Shown: positions 56,479 to 64,000 of the stretch, piece after piece
Position numbering within the stretch: the stretch's first letter is position 1
Layout of the letters: the number at the start of each line of letters is the position of its first letter
Source: an uncultured Staphylococcaceae bacterium
Lineage (GTDB): Bacteria; Bacillota_I; Bacilli_A; RFN20; CAG-826
Assembly: GCA_964416025.1 (NCBI GenBank)
Contig: CAYQCJ010000002.1
Coordinates: 3,025-67,024 of the forward strand
Direction: 5' to 3'
DNA: 64,000 nucleotides
Program-made: the position numbers and the translations under genes
The notes under the pieces: model-generated
Database searches by the model: none
The model's input: only the letters and a program-made list of their open reading frames with translations
Told to the model about the DNA's origin: nothing

Positions 56479-58743
56479 TTATCTATTTTTAATAGATAAT
56501 GTTGAAATTAAGTTTTCTTGAGCCTTTTTATTGTTATATCTAAGCAAAAATAGCGAATTTAAGCATACAGTTACACTGCTAACGACCATTAAGAGTGCAC
56601 ACCACTTTGGTTCAAGATAGAAATTAACTGGAGCGAAAACACCAGCAGCAACTGGAATAAAAACAATATTATATAAAAACGCCCAAAATAAATTAAATTT
56701 GATGTTCTTATTTATTTTCTTACTTAAACCAATAATAAAGAAAATATTATTCAAATTATCGTTCATTAAAACAAAATCGCTACTGCTTAAAGCTATATCG
56801 CTGCCTTTTGCTAAACCAACACTAACATCGCTATATGTTAAAGCAATCGAATCATTTACGCCATCTCCAACCATCATTGGTGAAAATCCTTCAGCCTTAA
56901 GGGCTTTAATGGCTTTTTGTTTATCTTCTGGAGTGGCATTAGCATAAATATAATCAATCTTGAGTTCTTTACCAACATCATTAGCAATTTCTGAATTGTC
57001 GCCAGTCAATAAAACAACTCTTTTAAAATATAAATTGGCTCTTTCAATAAAAGAATAAGTATCTTGTTTAATTGTATCTTCTAATAAGATAGTTCCTAGC
57101 AATTTTTCTTTTGTAAAAATATAAGTAGATAAATAACGATATGTATTAACTTTATTTAATTTTTCGAGTTCTTTTTCGTTAGTTATCACCTCTTTTGCAA
57201 GAGTTTTTGATCCAATAAAATAAGTCTTATTTTCATACTCGCCTTGAACACCTCTACCAGGAATTGTAATGATATTTTTTACATCAATTAATTCCGAATT
57301 TTTTTCAAAATCCCCTGCAATGGCCTCACTAAATGGATGTTGGCTCTTCTTTTCAATAGTATAAATAATGTTATTTAAGTTCTTCATTTTTGAATATAAA
57401 AGGACTGAATTAACAGATAAAACGCCATTTGTTAAGGTGTTAGTTTTATCTAAAACAATAGCATCAATTTTACCAACTCGCTCAACTGCTTCTGAATTAT
57501 TAACTAACACGCCATTTTTTGAAAATAAACTGCTACCAACTAAAAGAGAGATTGGAGTAGCAAGTCCTAAAGCACATGGGCAAGAAATTGTTAAAACTCC
57601 GATACTAAAAGCTAAAGCTTCTTGAAGAGGAGTTGAATACATCTTAATAACAGTTGATCCATTGATCGAATCAACAATAATCCAAACCACAAAAGTAAGA
57701 ATAGCAATTCCAAAAACAATTGGAACAAAGATTCCGGCTATTTTATCGACCATTTTAACTAATTTACTCTTAGAATTTGCAGCACTATTAACTAAACCCA
57801 TGATTTGATTTAAAACGGAATCTTTGTTCGTTTTTGTAACGATTACTTCGATTGATCCATCTTTATTGGATGTACCCGCATAAACTAAAGAATCTTCACT
57901 CTTTTCGATTAATTTAGATTCACCAGTAAGCATCGATTCATCAACATAAGTTTTTCCTTTTTTAATAAAACCGTCTGCAGGAATATTAGTTCCTGGTTTA
58001 ACAAGAACACAATCTCCAACTTGGATATATTTTGTTTCAATTTCAACTAACTTTCCAGCACGATAAACCATGGTCTTGTCAGGTCTCAATTTTAACATTT
58101 CATTGAGGGTTTGCAGGGCTTTTTTCTTACTTAAGGACTCAATTAGTCTACCTAAAGAAACGATTACAAGCACCATTGCACAAGCATCATAAAAGTAATG
58201 AACCATCATATAAGAATCAGGATTAATAGTTACGTCGATTGTTAAATATAGCGAATAAATTAAACTTGCAAAGGAACTAATAAAGACCAAAGAATCCATT
58301 CCTAAATGCAACTTAATTATTCCTTTAATACCGTTAATATAAATATCGATAAATAAAACAATAATTAAAATACACAAACCTAATTGAAGAAAACCTCTTA
58401 AGGAATCGCTTGCTCCACCTAATGGTCCACCCATTCCAATATAAAGAACGAAAAAGAGCAAAACAAAACCAATAATCAAATGAGCAATCTCTTTAATTTT
58501 TGATTTTTTATCGCTTTTAACTGAAAATTCATCATCATTTATTTCAGAAACTTTATAACCACTTGATGTAATCGCTTTAGCAATTGCTTCTTTGGTAATC
58601 AACTTATTTTTGTAATTAACTTTTACGGTATTATTGACTAAATTTACATCTATAGATTCAATTCCGGGTAATTTTTTAACTGAACTAATTACTGTGCCTT
58701 TACAACCAGCACAATACATGTTGACTGCAAATACTACTTCCAT
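56479..58743 (-). CDS. copA: heavy-metal (Cu+-type) P1B ATPase
   Basis: N-terminal HMA domain MYCAGCKGTV, TM CPC motif SCPCALGLATP, DKTNTLT phosphorylation site, and GDGVNDS. Confidence 0.9.
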   Translation of the reverse strand: MEVVFAVNMYCAGCKGTVISSVKKLPGIESIDVNLVNNTVKVNYKNKLITKEAIAKAITSSGYKVSEINDDEFSVKSDKKSKIKEIAHLIIGFVLLFFVLYIGMGGPLGGASDSLRGFLQLGLCILIIVLFIDIYINGIKGIIKLHLGMDSLVFISSFASLIYSLYLTIDVTINPDSYMMVHYFYDACAMVLVIVSLGRLIESLSKKKALQTLNEMLKLRPDKTMVYRAGKLVEIETKYIQVGDCVLVKPGTNIPADGFIKKGKTYVDESMLTGESKLIEKSEDSLVYAGTSNKDGSIEVIVTKTNKDSVLNQIMGLVNSAANSKSKLVKMVDKIAGIFVPIVFGIAILTFVVWIIVDSINGSTVIKMYSTPLQEALAFSIGVLTISCPCALGLATPISLLVGSSLFSKNGVLVNNSEAVERVGKIDAIVLDKTNTLTNGVLSVNSVLLYSKMKNLNNIIYTIEKKSQHPFSEAIAGDFEKNSELIDVKNIITIPGRGVQGEYENKTYFIGSKTLAKEVITNEKELEKLNKVNTYRYLSTYIFTKEKLLGTILLEDTIKQDTYSFIERANLYFKRVVLLTGDNSEIANDVGKELKIDYIYANATPEDKQKAIKALKAEGFSPMMVGDGVNDSIALTYSDVSVGLAKGSDIALSSSDFVLMNDNLNNIFFIIGLSKKINKNIKFNLFWAFLYNIVFIPVAAGVFAPVNFYLEPKWCALLMVVSSVTVCLNSLFLLRYNNKKAQENLISTLSIKNR

Positions 58744-58745
58744 AT

Positions 58746-59279
58746 TTATTTCTTCCCTATGTTTACATCGTGGAACTTATTTACCATTATATCTAAGTTA
58801 GCATTATCAACATTATTCATTGGTACACTTAATCTTGAAAGGATTAAATCTGATGAAGCTCCGCCTTCTTGTTTTGCAGCTTGCTTTAATCCAATTTTCA
58901 TCAAAAACCTTTGTAAAGGTGGCATCTTTTTAATATCTAAGCCACCAGGAAGTAAATAAAGACGAACGTGATATGAGTCTAAATTATTAGCAGTAATTAC
59001 TAAATGTCGCTTCTCATCGGTAGCTGGTTGAATTCCAACAGCAAAAATAAATATATTTTTATCTTTAATATGTTTATATTTTTTTAAGAATTTGTCCAAA
59101 CCTAAAATAACATTATTTCTAATTGGACCTCCATAAAAAATATTGTCAGCATCTTTAAGATCTTTATTAGAAATCTTATTGATTTTATAGACATCTAGCG
59201 GAACAATTCGGTTTTTGAGCATGTTCACATACTTCTCAGTAAATCCAGTATTGGATTTGTAATATAATAAATTTTTCAT
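58746..59279 (-). CDS. flavodoxin-like domain protein
   Basis: MKNLLYYKSNTGFTEKY.. is a flavodoxin_5-like N-terminus. The start is set at the second Met. Confidence 0.5.
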   Translation of the reverse strand: MKNLLYYKSNTGFTEKYVNMLKNRIVPLDVYKINKISNKDLKDADNIFYGGPIRNNVILGLDKFLKKYKHIKDKNIFIFAVGIQPATDEKRHLVITANNLDSYHVRLYLLPGGLDIKKMPPLQRFLMKIGLKQAAKQEGGASSDLILSRLSVPMNNVDNANLDIMVNKFHDVNIGKK

Positions 59280-59348
59280 AACGTTTAAATTATACATTAA
59301 AAAAGAGCAAAATTAACAATCTTGCTCTTAAATAGTGTATTTTTTGTT

Positions 59349-59525
59349 TTAAAAATAACCAAAATAAAATATAAAGAATGAAATCGTATAAAAGAACAAT
59401 AAAGCACAGAACGAAAAGAACACAATCCAATACCATTTAAGGCCGTCTTTTGAATCTAAAAGGGTGTTTTCTTCCTTCTTTTTTTGAGTTGGTTTACTAT
59501 TAAGTTTTTCTTTATTATCTTCCAT
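59349..59525 (-). CDS. small single-TM protein
   Basis: GGAGTGGAG RBS then ATG 59525. The N-terminus is Lys/Glu-rich and there is one TM helix. Confidence 0.4.
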   Translation of the reverse strand: MEDNKEKLNSKPTQKKKEENTLLDSKDGLKWYWIVFFSFCALLFFYTISFFIFYFGYF

Positions 59526-59526
59526 A

Positions 59527-60612
59527 TTAAACTCCACTCCTTAAGGTTGTGTAATCAACATTTGTTCCTACTAATGGCACCGAATTGCCCTCTGTATTCA
59601 ATAAATAAGAAAAATTTATTGTGTTTTGAGCAACTGAAGGAACATGTAAATTTAAACTAGTATTAACGATATAATCTTCTGTACTAGTCATTTTTATCAA
59701 TTTTAAATCACGAGTCATTGTTAAAGTTAAACCAACATTCTTAAAAGTTGGTAAACTACCCATTTTTGCAATATCGTTAGCATCTGATGTAGTTGTAACG
59801 ATGTATTTTGAATAACTATCTAAAGCTGAATTATCTAATGCTAATTTAACTTCATAGTTTCCGTCATCATTTATTAGAATTGAATTATCATAAATAACGT
59901 CGTTACCATCTTCGTTTTTCAAAGTAACAGGAGATGTTTTAACTGTGTTTTTGTTAATGGTATAACTTACAACTGCATCTGGAATCGTACTAAAAGTTTC
60001 AACATATCTTTGAGCGTTGGCTTCTTGAAATGTTGGTGTTTTATTGTAGTTTGCATAAATATTTGAACCACTATCATCAATGTTACTTCCGCCAGTAATA
60101 CGGTAATAATCGTAAGCATTTTCATATTTTTTAGTTAAATCAGTAACGGTCTTTGAGGAATTGAAGTTGTATGTTCTTTCAGCGAAAGCAACATAACCAG
60201 CTTTAGAAATATTTTCTCTCATTACTAAAGAATCTTTTTTATAAGAACTTGAGTAAGTAACTTGAACATTAGTTATTCCAACAGTACTACTTACAGTTGA
60301 AATACCTAAAGAAGATCTAACATTAGTTTCATAAGTAAAATTGTATATTGCATATCCCACTAAATCGGCTGGTGATAATACATTTGTTGTTGAAGAACTG
60401 GAGAAATCAGTTGTAGCAATTTCATCAGCTTCTATTCCCGAATCAGTTAAAAAACTATTAAAAGCATCGGAACCAGTTTTATCGATTTCATAAGTTCCGG
60501 TAACTTGTAAAGCAGGTTTAAAATAACCTCCAATAAACCAACCAAGAACTGCACCGACAGCCGAGCAAAGAACAACTGACGTTGATAGAATAGCAATAGA
60601 TTTCTTATTCAT
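59527..60612 (-). CDS. N-terminally anchored extracytoplasmic protein, unknown family
   Basis: Signal-anchor MNKKSIAILSTSVVLCSAVGAVLGWFIGG followed by a 330-aa Ser/Thr/Asn-rich domain. Confidence 0.6.
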   Translation of the reverse strand: MNKKSIAILSTSVVLCSAVGAVLGWFIGGYFKPALQVTGTYEIDKTGSDAFNSFLTDSGIEADEIATTDFSSSSTTNVLSPADLVGYAIYNFTYETNVRSSLGISTVSSTVGITNVQVTYSSSYKKDSLVMRENISKAGYVAFAERTYNFNSSKTVTDLTKKYENAYDYYRITGGSNIDDSGSNIYANYNKTPTFQEANAQRYVETFSTIPDAVVSYTINKNTVKTSPVTLKNEDGNDVIYDNSILINDDGNYEVKLALDNSALDSYSKYIVTTTSDANDIAKMGSLPTFKNVGLTLTMTRDLKLIKMTSTEDYIVNTSLNLHVPSVAQNTINFSYLLNTEGNSVPLVGTNVDYTTLRSGV

Positions 60613-60715
60613 GGGAAATATAATAAACCATTATTATTAAAATGTCAAATATGCGACTATATCGATATTTTTTCAATTATTTAAACCATTAAACTAGATT
60701 TGCTAGTTTTAAAAA

Positions 60716-60961
60716 CTAATTAATATCATCTTCAATTCCTTTAAATAATTCTTCTAAAGAAATATCCAAACCATCGCATATTCTTAATAAAATAGCTAAA
60801 GAGGGATTTCTAGTTCCTCTTTCTAAATCGCTTAAATAATTCTTATTTATCGCACAATTATAAGCCAACTCTTCTTGAGTTAATTTCTTTTGCAACCTTA
60901 AAAACTGAATTCTACGGCCTAAATTAAATTGAATATCTAAATTATTATTTATTTTGGCCAT
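60716..60961 (-). CDS. XRE-family HTH regulator
   Basis: ..LRLQKKLTQEELAYNCAINKNYLSDLERGTRNPSLAILLRICDGL.. Its start overlaps the whiA stop by 17 nt. Confidence 0.85.
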   Translation of the reverse strand: MAKINNNLDIQFNLGRRIQFLRLQKKLTQEELAYNCAINKNYLSDLERGTRNPSLAILLRICDGLDISLEELFKGIEDDIN

Positions 60962-61907
60962 ATTGTTCCGCCATTTTTCTTATCTTAATAAATAAGTGAT
61001 TAACATTAGATTTAGAAACAGTAATTTCTAACTTTTCGCTCATCATTTCGGCTAAATCACTATAAGTAGCTTCTGGTTCTTCTAAACGCAGTTCACATAA
61101 TAAACGCAATTTTTCGTTTTGAATCAATTTAATACCAATTCTACTATCTAAAAACTTAATTTGTTCTATTTGATCTTTAGCATTACTTACCGACTTTTTA
61201 TAGTTATAAGCATCACAATTCATCAATCTATTTGTAACATTACTAAAATCTCTATCAATCCTTACATTTTCAAATTCCAAGCAAGAATTAGAGGCATCTA
61301 AATAAGCAATATAAGAACTAATTTGATCGCTCTTCTTCAAATAAACTGTGTAATTGGTTCTTCTTTTTGTATATTTAAATTCAAATCTATAATCTTTAAC
61401 TTTGTTTAGTAACTTTAAAACTGCCTTAGCAAAAGACTCATCTCGCACATACATTTCGAGGTGATAATTACTAGAAGTTGGAGAGTTACAACTGCCACAT
61501 GCAAGAAAAATCCCCTGCAAATACCCCTTAATTCCTTCTTCTTTCTTAGTTAAGTGGAAAGGAATCTTATCATCTAAAAAGTTGATACTTAACTCATCTT
61601 TTATTAAATCAATACCATCTAAAATATTGATAATGTACTCAGTTGCTTTAAAAAACTTCATTGATTTTCGATAACTAAAAGAAACAACGACATCTGGAAA
61701 TAAAGTTTTAACAACTTGATAAATATATTTAGCCACTTTTGCATTTTCGGTTACGAGTTGCAAAATATCTTTCTTGTTTTTAAAAACAATAGATCCGTTC
61801 AATCTTAAGAAAGCAGCTAAAATAGCCATCATTCTTTCTTTTGATGTTTCTCCTTGTGCGGAAATCTCTTCCTTTATTTTTTGAGTAAAAGATACATTCT
61901 CTTCCAT
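60945..61907 (-). CDS. whiA: DNA-binding protein WhiA
   Basis: A 320-aa protein with MEENVSFTQKIKEEI.. , ..GIFLACGSCNSP.. (degenerate LAGLIDADG) and a C-terminal HTH. Confidence 0.85.
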   Translation of the reverse strand: MEENVSFTQKIKEEISAQGETSKERMMAILAAFLRLNGSIVFKNKKDILQLVTENAKVAKYIYQVVKTLFPDVVVSFSYRKSMKFFKATEYIINILDGIDLIKDELSINFLDDKIPFHLTKKEEGIKGYLQGIFLACGSCNSPTSSNYHLEMYVRDESFAKAVLKLLNKVKDYRFEFKYTKRRTNYTVYLKKSDQISSYIAYLDASNSCLEFENVRIDRDFSNVTNRLMNCDAYNYKKSVSNAKDQIEQIKFLDSRIGIKLIQNEKLRLLCELRLEEPEATYSDLAEMMSEKLEITVSKSNVNHLFIKIRKMAEQYGQNK

Positions 61908-61925
61908 TCTTAAATTATATACTTT

Positions 61926-62846
61926 CTATTTTTTTAATTTATTAAGATATTTTATAGCACTAGTCGCCGCAGTAGCTCCATCACCACATGCTGTAACGAT
62001 TTGACGCAATGGTTTATCAACGATATCACCAGCAGCAAAAACGCCAGGAACATTGGTACCCATATTAAAATCCGCTTTAATAAATCCTCTATTTTGATCA
62101 AGTCCAAGTTGATTAAAGAGATAATTGCTTGGTATATCGCCAGTAAATGGGAAACAACCAGACACATTAACGGTTCTTTCTTCGTTGGTTTCTAAATTCT
62201 CAATTTTAACAGCGTCGAGACCATCAACTCCGATAAATTCTTTAATTTTATATGGAGACAAGAATTCAACATTCTTCATCTTCTTTAAATTAGCCAAATT
62301 TCCTTCGTAATCATCTTCATTTTTATCACTGACCAAATATAACTTACTAACTAAATTTGATAAATAAGTGGCCTCTAAATAGCCTTTTCTCTCATGAGCA
62401 AACACAAGAACTTCTTTGTTTTTATAGAAGAATCCATCACAAACTGCACAATAGGAAATTCCTTTACCAACAAATTTATCTTCGTTAACTATGCCTAATT
62501 TTTTAGTTGTGGAACCGGTAGCAATAATTAAGGCTTTTGTTTGATAAGTGTCGTTTTCACAAACAACTTCAAAGCCATCTTCATTTTTGTTTATTCCTTT
62601 AATAAGTTCTTTATTAATTTTTACACCTAAAGCTTCAACTTGCTTTTTCATGTTCAAGATTAAAGAAAAACCATCTATTGAAGGAAAACCAGGATAATTA
62701 TCAATTTGGGTAATAATATTTAATTTTCCACCAACCATTTCTTTCTCAAAAATAGCAAATTTAAATTTAGTACGTGCTAAATATAAAGCACTTGTTAAAC
62801 CAGCCGAACCAGCTCCAAAAATAATTACATCTTCTTCAATTCTCAT
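61926..62846 (-). CDS. trxB: thioredoxin-disulfide reductase
   Basis: FAD motif GAGSAGLTSA, redox CAVCDG, and C-terminal GDIVDK...Q.VTA.G.G. Confidence 0.85.
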   Translation of the reverse strand: MRIEEDVIIFGAGSAGLTSALYLARTKFKFAIFEKEMVGGKLNIITQIDNYPGFPSIDGFSLILNMKKQVEALGVKINKELIKGINKNEDGFEVVCENDTYQTKALIIATGSTTKKLGIVNEDKFVGKGISYCAVCDGFFYKNKEVLVFAHERKGYLEATYLSNLVSKLYLVSDKNEDDYEGNLANLKKMKNVEFLSPYKIKEFIGVDGLDAVKIENLETNEERTVNVSGCFPFTGDIPSNYLFNQLGLDQNRGFIKADFNMGTNVPGVFAAGDIVDKPLRQIVTACGDGATAATSAIKYLNKLKK

Positions 62847-63489
62847 GTTTTTTTATCTCCTTATAAAGTTCATCATAGTCTTTACAAAACGCAATTGGAT
62901 GAGGATTTGATACTAAATTATAGTATCTTTCATTCATACTCATCAAAACACAATCGATATTAGCGTTCTTACAGGCAAGGTAATCGTAATCTGTGTCTCC
63001 AACCGCTAAAACCTCTTTATTACTGACATTAAAATGTTTTAAAACTAAGTTCATTCCTGCAGGATCTGGCTTTTGAGAAGCGACACTTTCACATGTAACA
63101 ATAAAGTCGAATAAACCTAAAATATGGGCCCTTCGCAGGCAATCTTTAGTTCTAACACTATTTTTGTTAGTAACAATTGCTAACTTATAACCTTCATTTT
63201 TAAGTGCTCTACAGACTTTAGAACAGTGTTTAAAAGTGTGACAAAACTGATCATAATATTTACCAGTTCTACTACGATATTCTTTTAAAACTTCATCATA
63301 ATCTGCGTCTGGAAATAAAGCATTTATGGCGTAACTTATTGGAGGTCCGCTAAAAGTAGCAATCTGTTTTCTATCAACCTTGAAATCCTTAGGTTTGAAA
63401 GTTTTAATCATCTCTTCCCAAGATTTAAAAATTACAAGATCTGTATCAATTATAGTACCATCCATATCAAAGATGATAACCTTATACAT
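62836..63489 (-). CDS. HAD-IA phosphatase, PpaX-like
   Basis: FDMDGTIIDTD nucleophile motif and VGDTDYD. The position between lgt and trxB mirrors the Bacillus lgt-ppaX neighbourhood. Confidence 0.75.
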   Translation of the reverse strand: MYKVIIFDMDGTIIDTDLVIFKSWEEMIKTFKPKDFKVDRKQIATFSGPPISYAINALFPDADYDEVLKEYRSRTGKYYDQFCHTFKHCSKVCRALKNEGYKLAIVTNKNSVRTKDCLRRAHILGLFDFIVTCESVASQKPDPAGMNLVLKHFNVSNKEVLAVGDTDYDYLACKNANIDCVLMSMNERYYNLVSNPHPIAFCKDYDELYKEIKKHEN

Positions 63490-64000
63490 TATTTACTTTC
63501 CTCAAGAACATTGTCGTTTTTATGAGATTCAAGGTACCTTTGCCGAGGATATTTGAATTTTCCCTTTAAATTTAAAACCTTTAAAACTATAAATATTGCA
63601 ACAATAAATAAACCAACGCCAATCATAACATACGAGCTTACAACGCTCCGCATTCCATCGTCTCCCATATTGTAAGCAGAATATCTAAGAGGCTCTAAAA
63701 TAGCTCTAGTTGCTCCATACCAAGCTAAATACCAACCAACTAATGAACCATTAGCATGATAATCTTTGCCAGTACGTTGTTTGATTCCAAATAAATTCAT
63801 AATTCCATATTCGATAAAGAAATAACCGGCAAAATTAATAATAGCTTCAATAAAGAATAAAGGCATGTAAATCTTATCTGCACCCAATGTTGGTCCAGAA
63901 CTACTATAATGCATATTGTTTCTTATAAATGTTGGTATCCACATCCAATTTGCGATATCAACGGCATTTCCGTGAACTTCACAATTAAAGAAGTTACCAA
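63489..64000 (-). CDS. lgt: prolipoprotein diacylglyceryl transferase, C-terminal part (5-prime end beyond the right edge)
   Basis: The frame stays open upstream of the track Met to the window edge and reads ..GNFFNCEVHGNAVDIANWMWIPTF.., the Lgt GNFFN.E..G motif. Confidence 0.85.
   Translation of the reverse strand, partial: GNFFNCEVHGNAVDIANWMWIPTFIRNNMHYSSSGPTLGADKIYMPLFFIEAIINFAGYFFIEYGIMNLFGIKQRTGKDYHANGSLVGWYLAWYGATRAILEPLRYSAYNMGDDGMRSVVSSYVMIGVGLFIVAIFIVLKVLNLKGKFKYPRQRYLESHKNDNVLEESK

Noticed and set aside
1-64000. The possibility of genetic code 4 (UGA=Trp), as in Mycoplasma.
   Set aside because: Long ORFs close on TGA (for example 34517-34519 and 6761-6763). Conserved proteins translate at full length with the standard code.
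1-64000. CRISPR arrays, rRNA genes, transposases, integrases and phage structural genes.
   Set aside because: I saw no regularly spaced direct repeats, rRNA-like GC-rich stretches or recombinase motifs in any long ORF.

Overview
This is a low-GC (roughly 30% by eye) bacterial fragment that uses the standard code. TGA acts as a stop, for example at 34517-34519. Several features fit a reduced, wall-less Bacillota/Mycoplasmatota-type lineage (Acholeplasma/RF39-like): a ClpB lacking its N-domain behind a CIRCE operator, BioY/ECF vitamin scavenging, many lipoproteins, and no cell-wall genes in the window. This placement is inference only. About 60 CDS and 4 tRNAs are supported. Most of the window is minus-strand housekeeping: pgk-gap; an oadA-oadG-BCCP-oadB-bioY-birA Na+-pump operon; a Na/Pi transporter; clpB, degV and udk; SPFH/NfeD; rplM-rpsI; galU, yebC and truA; ecfA1A2T; dCMP deaminase; pepT, smpB and copA; whiA, trxB, ppaX-like and lgt. 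A plus-strand accessory block at about 24.5-40.1 kb interrupts it. The block holds two tandem paralogous repeat/LRR surface proteins, a small-ORF operon, tRNA-Leu, and a roughly 1,350-codon orphan surface-protein gene. The strongest signals are listed below.

1. A hairpin-dense island of about 100 nt (38541-38645), about 63% G+C over its densest 60 nt (38541-38600), sits exactly where the orphan gene breaks into two frames related by +1, at CCC-AGG-CGA-TAA.
2. A stand-alone SIR2_2-type protein with an unknown N-terminal domain (23229-24530) is a candidate single-gene defence NADase.
3. A relBE cassette is bracketed by a duplicated 29-nt terminator module next to a tRNA cluster.
4. Two of the clustered tRNAs have a non-canonical UCCGA T-loop.

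No CRISPR array, rRNA, transposase or integrase is visible.
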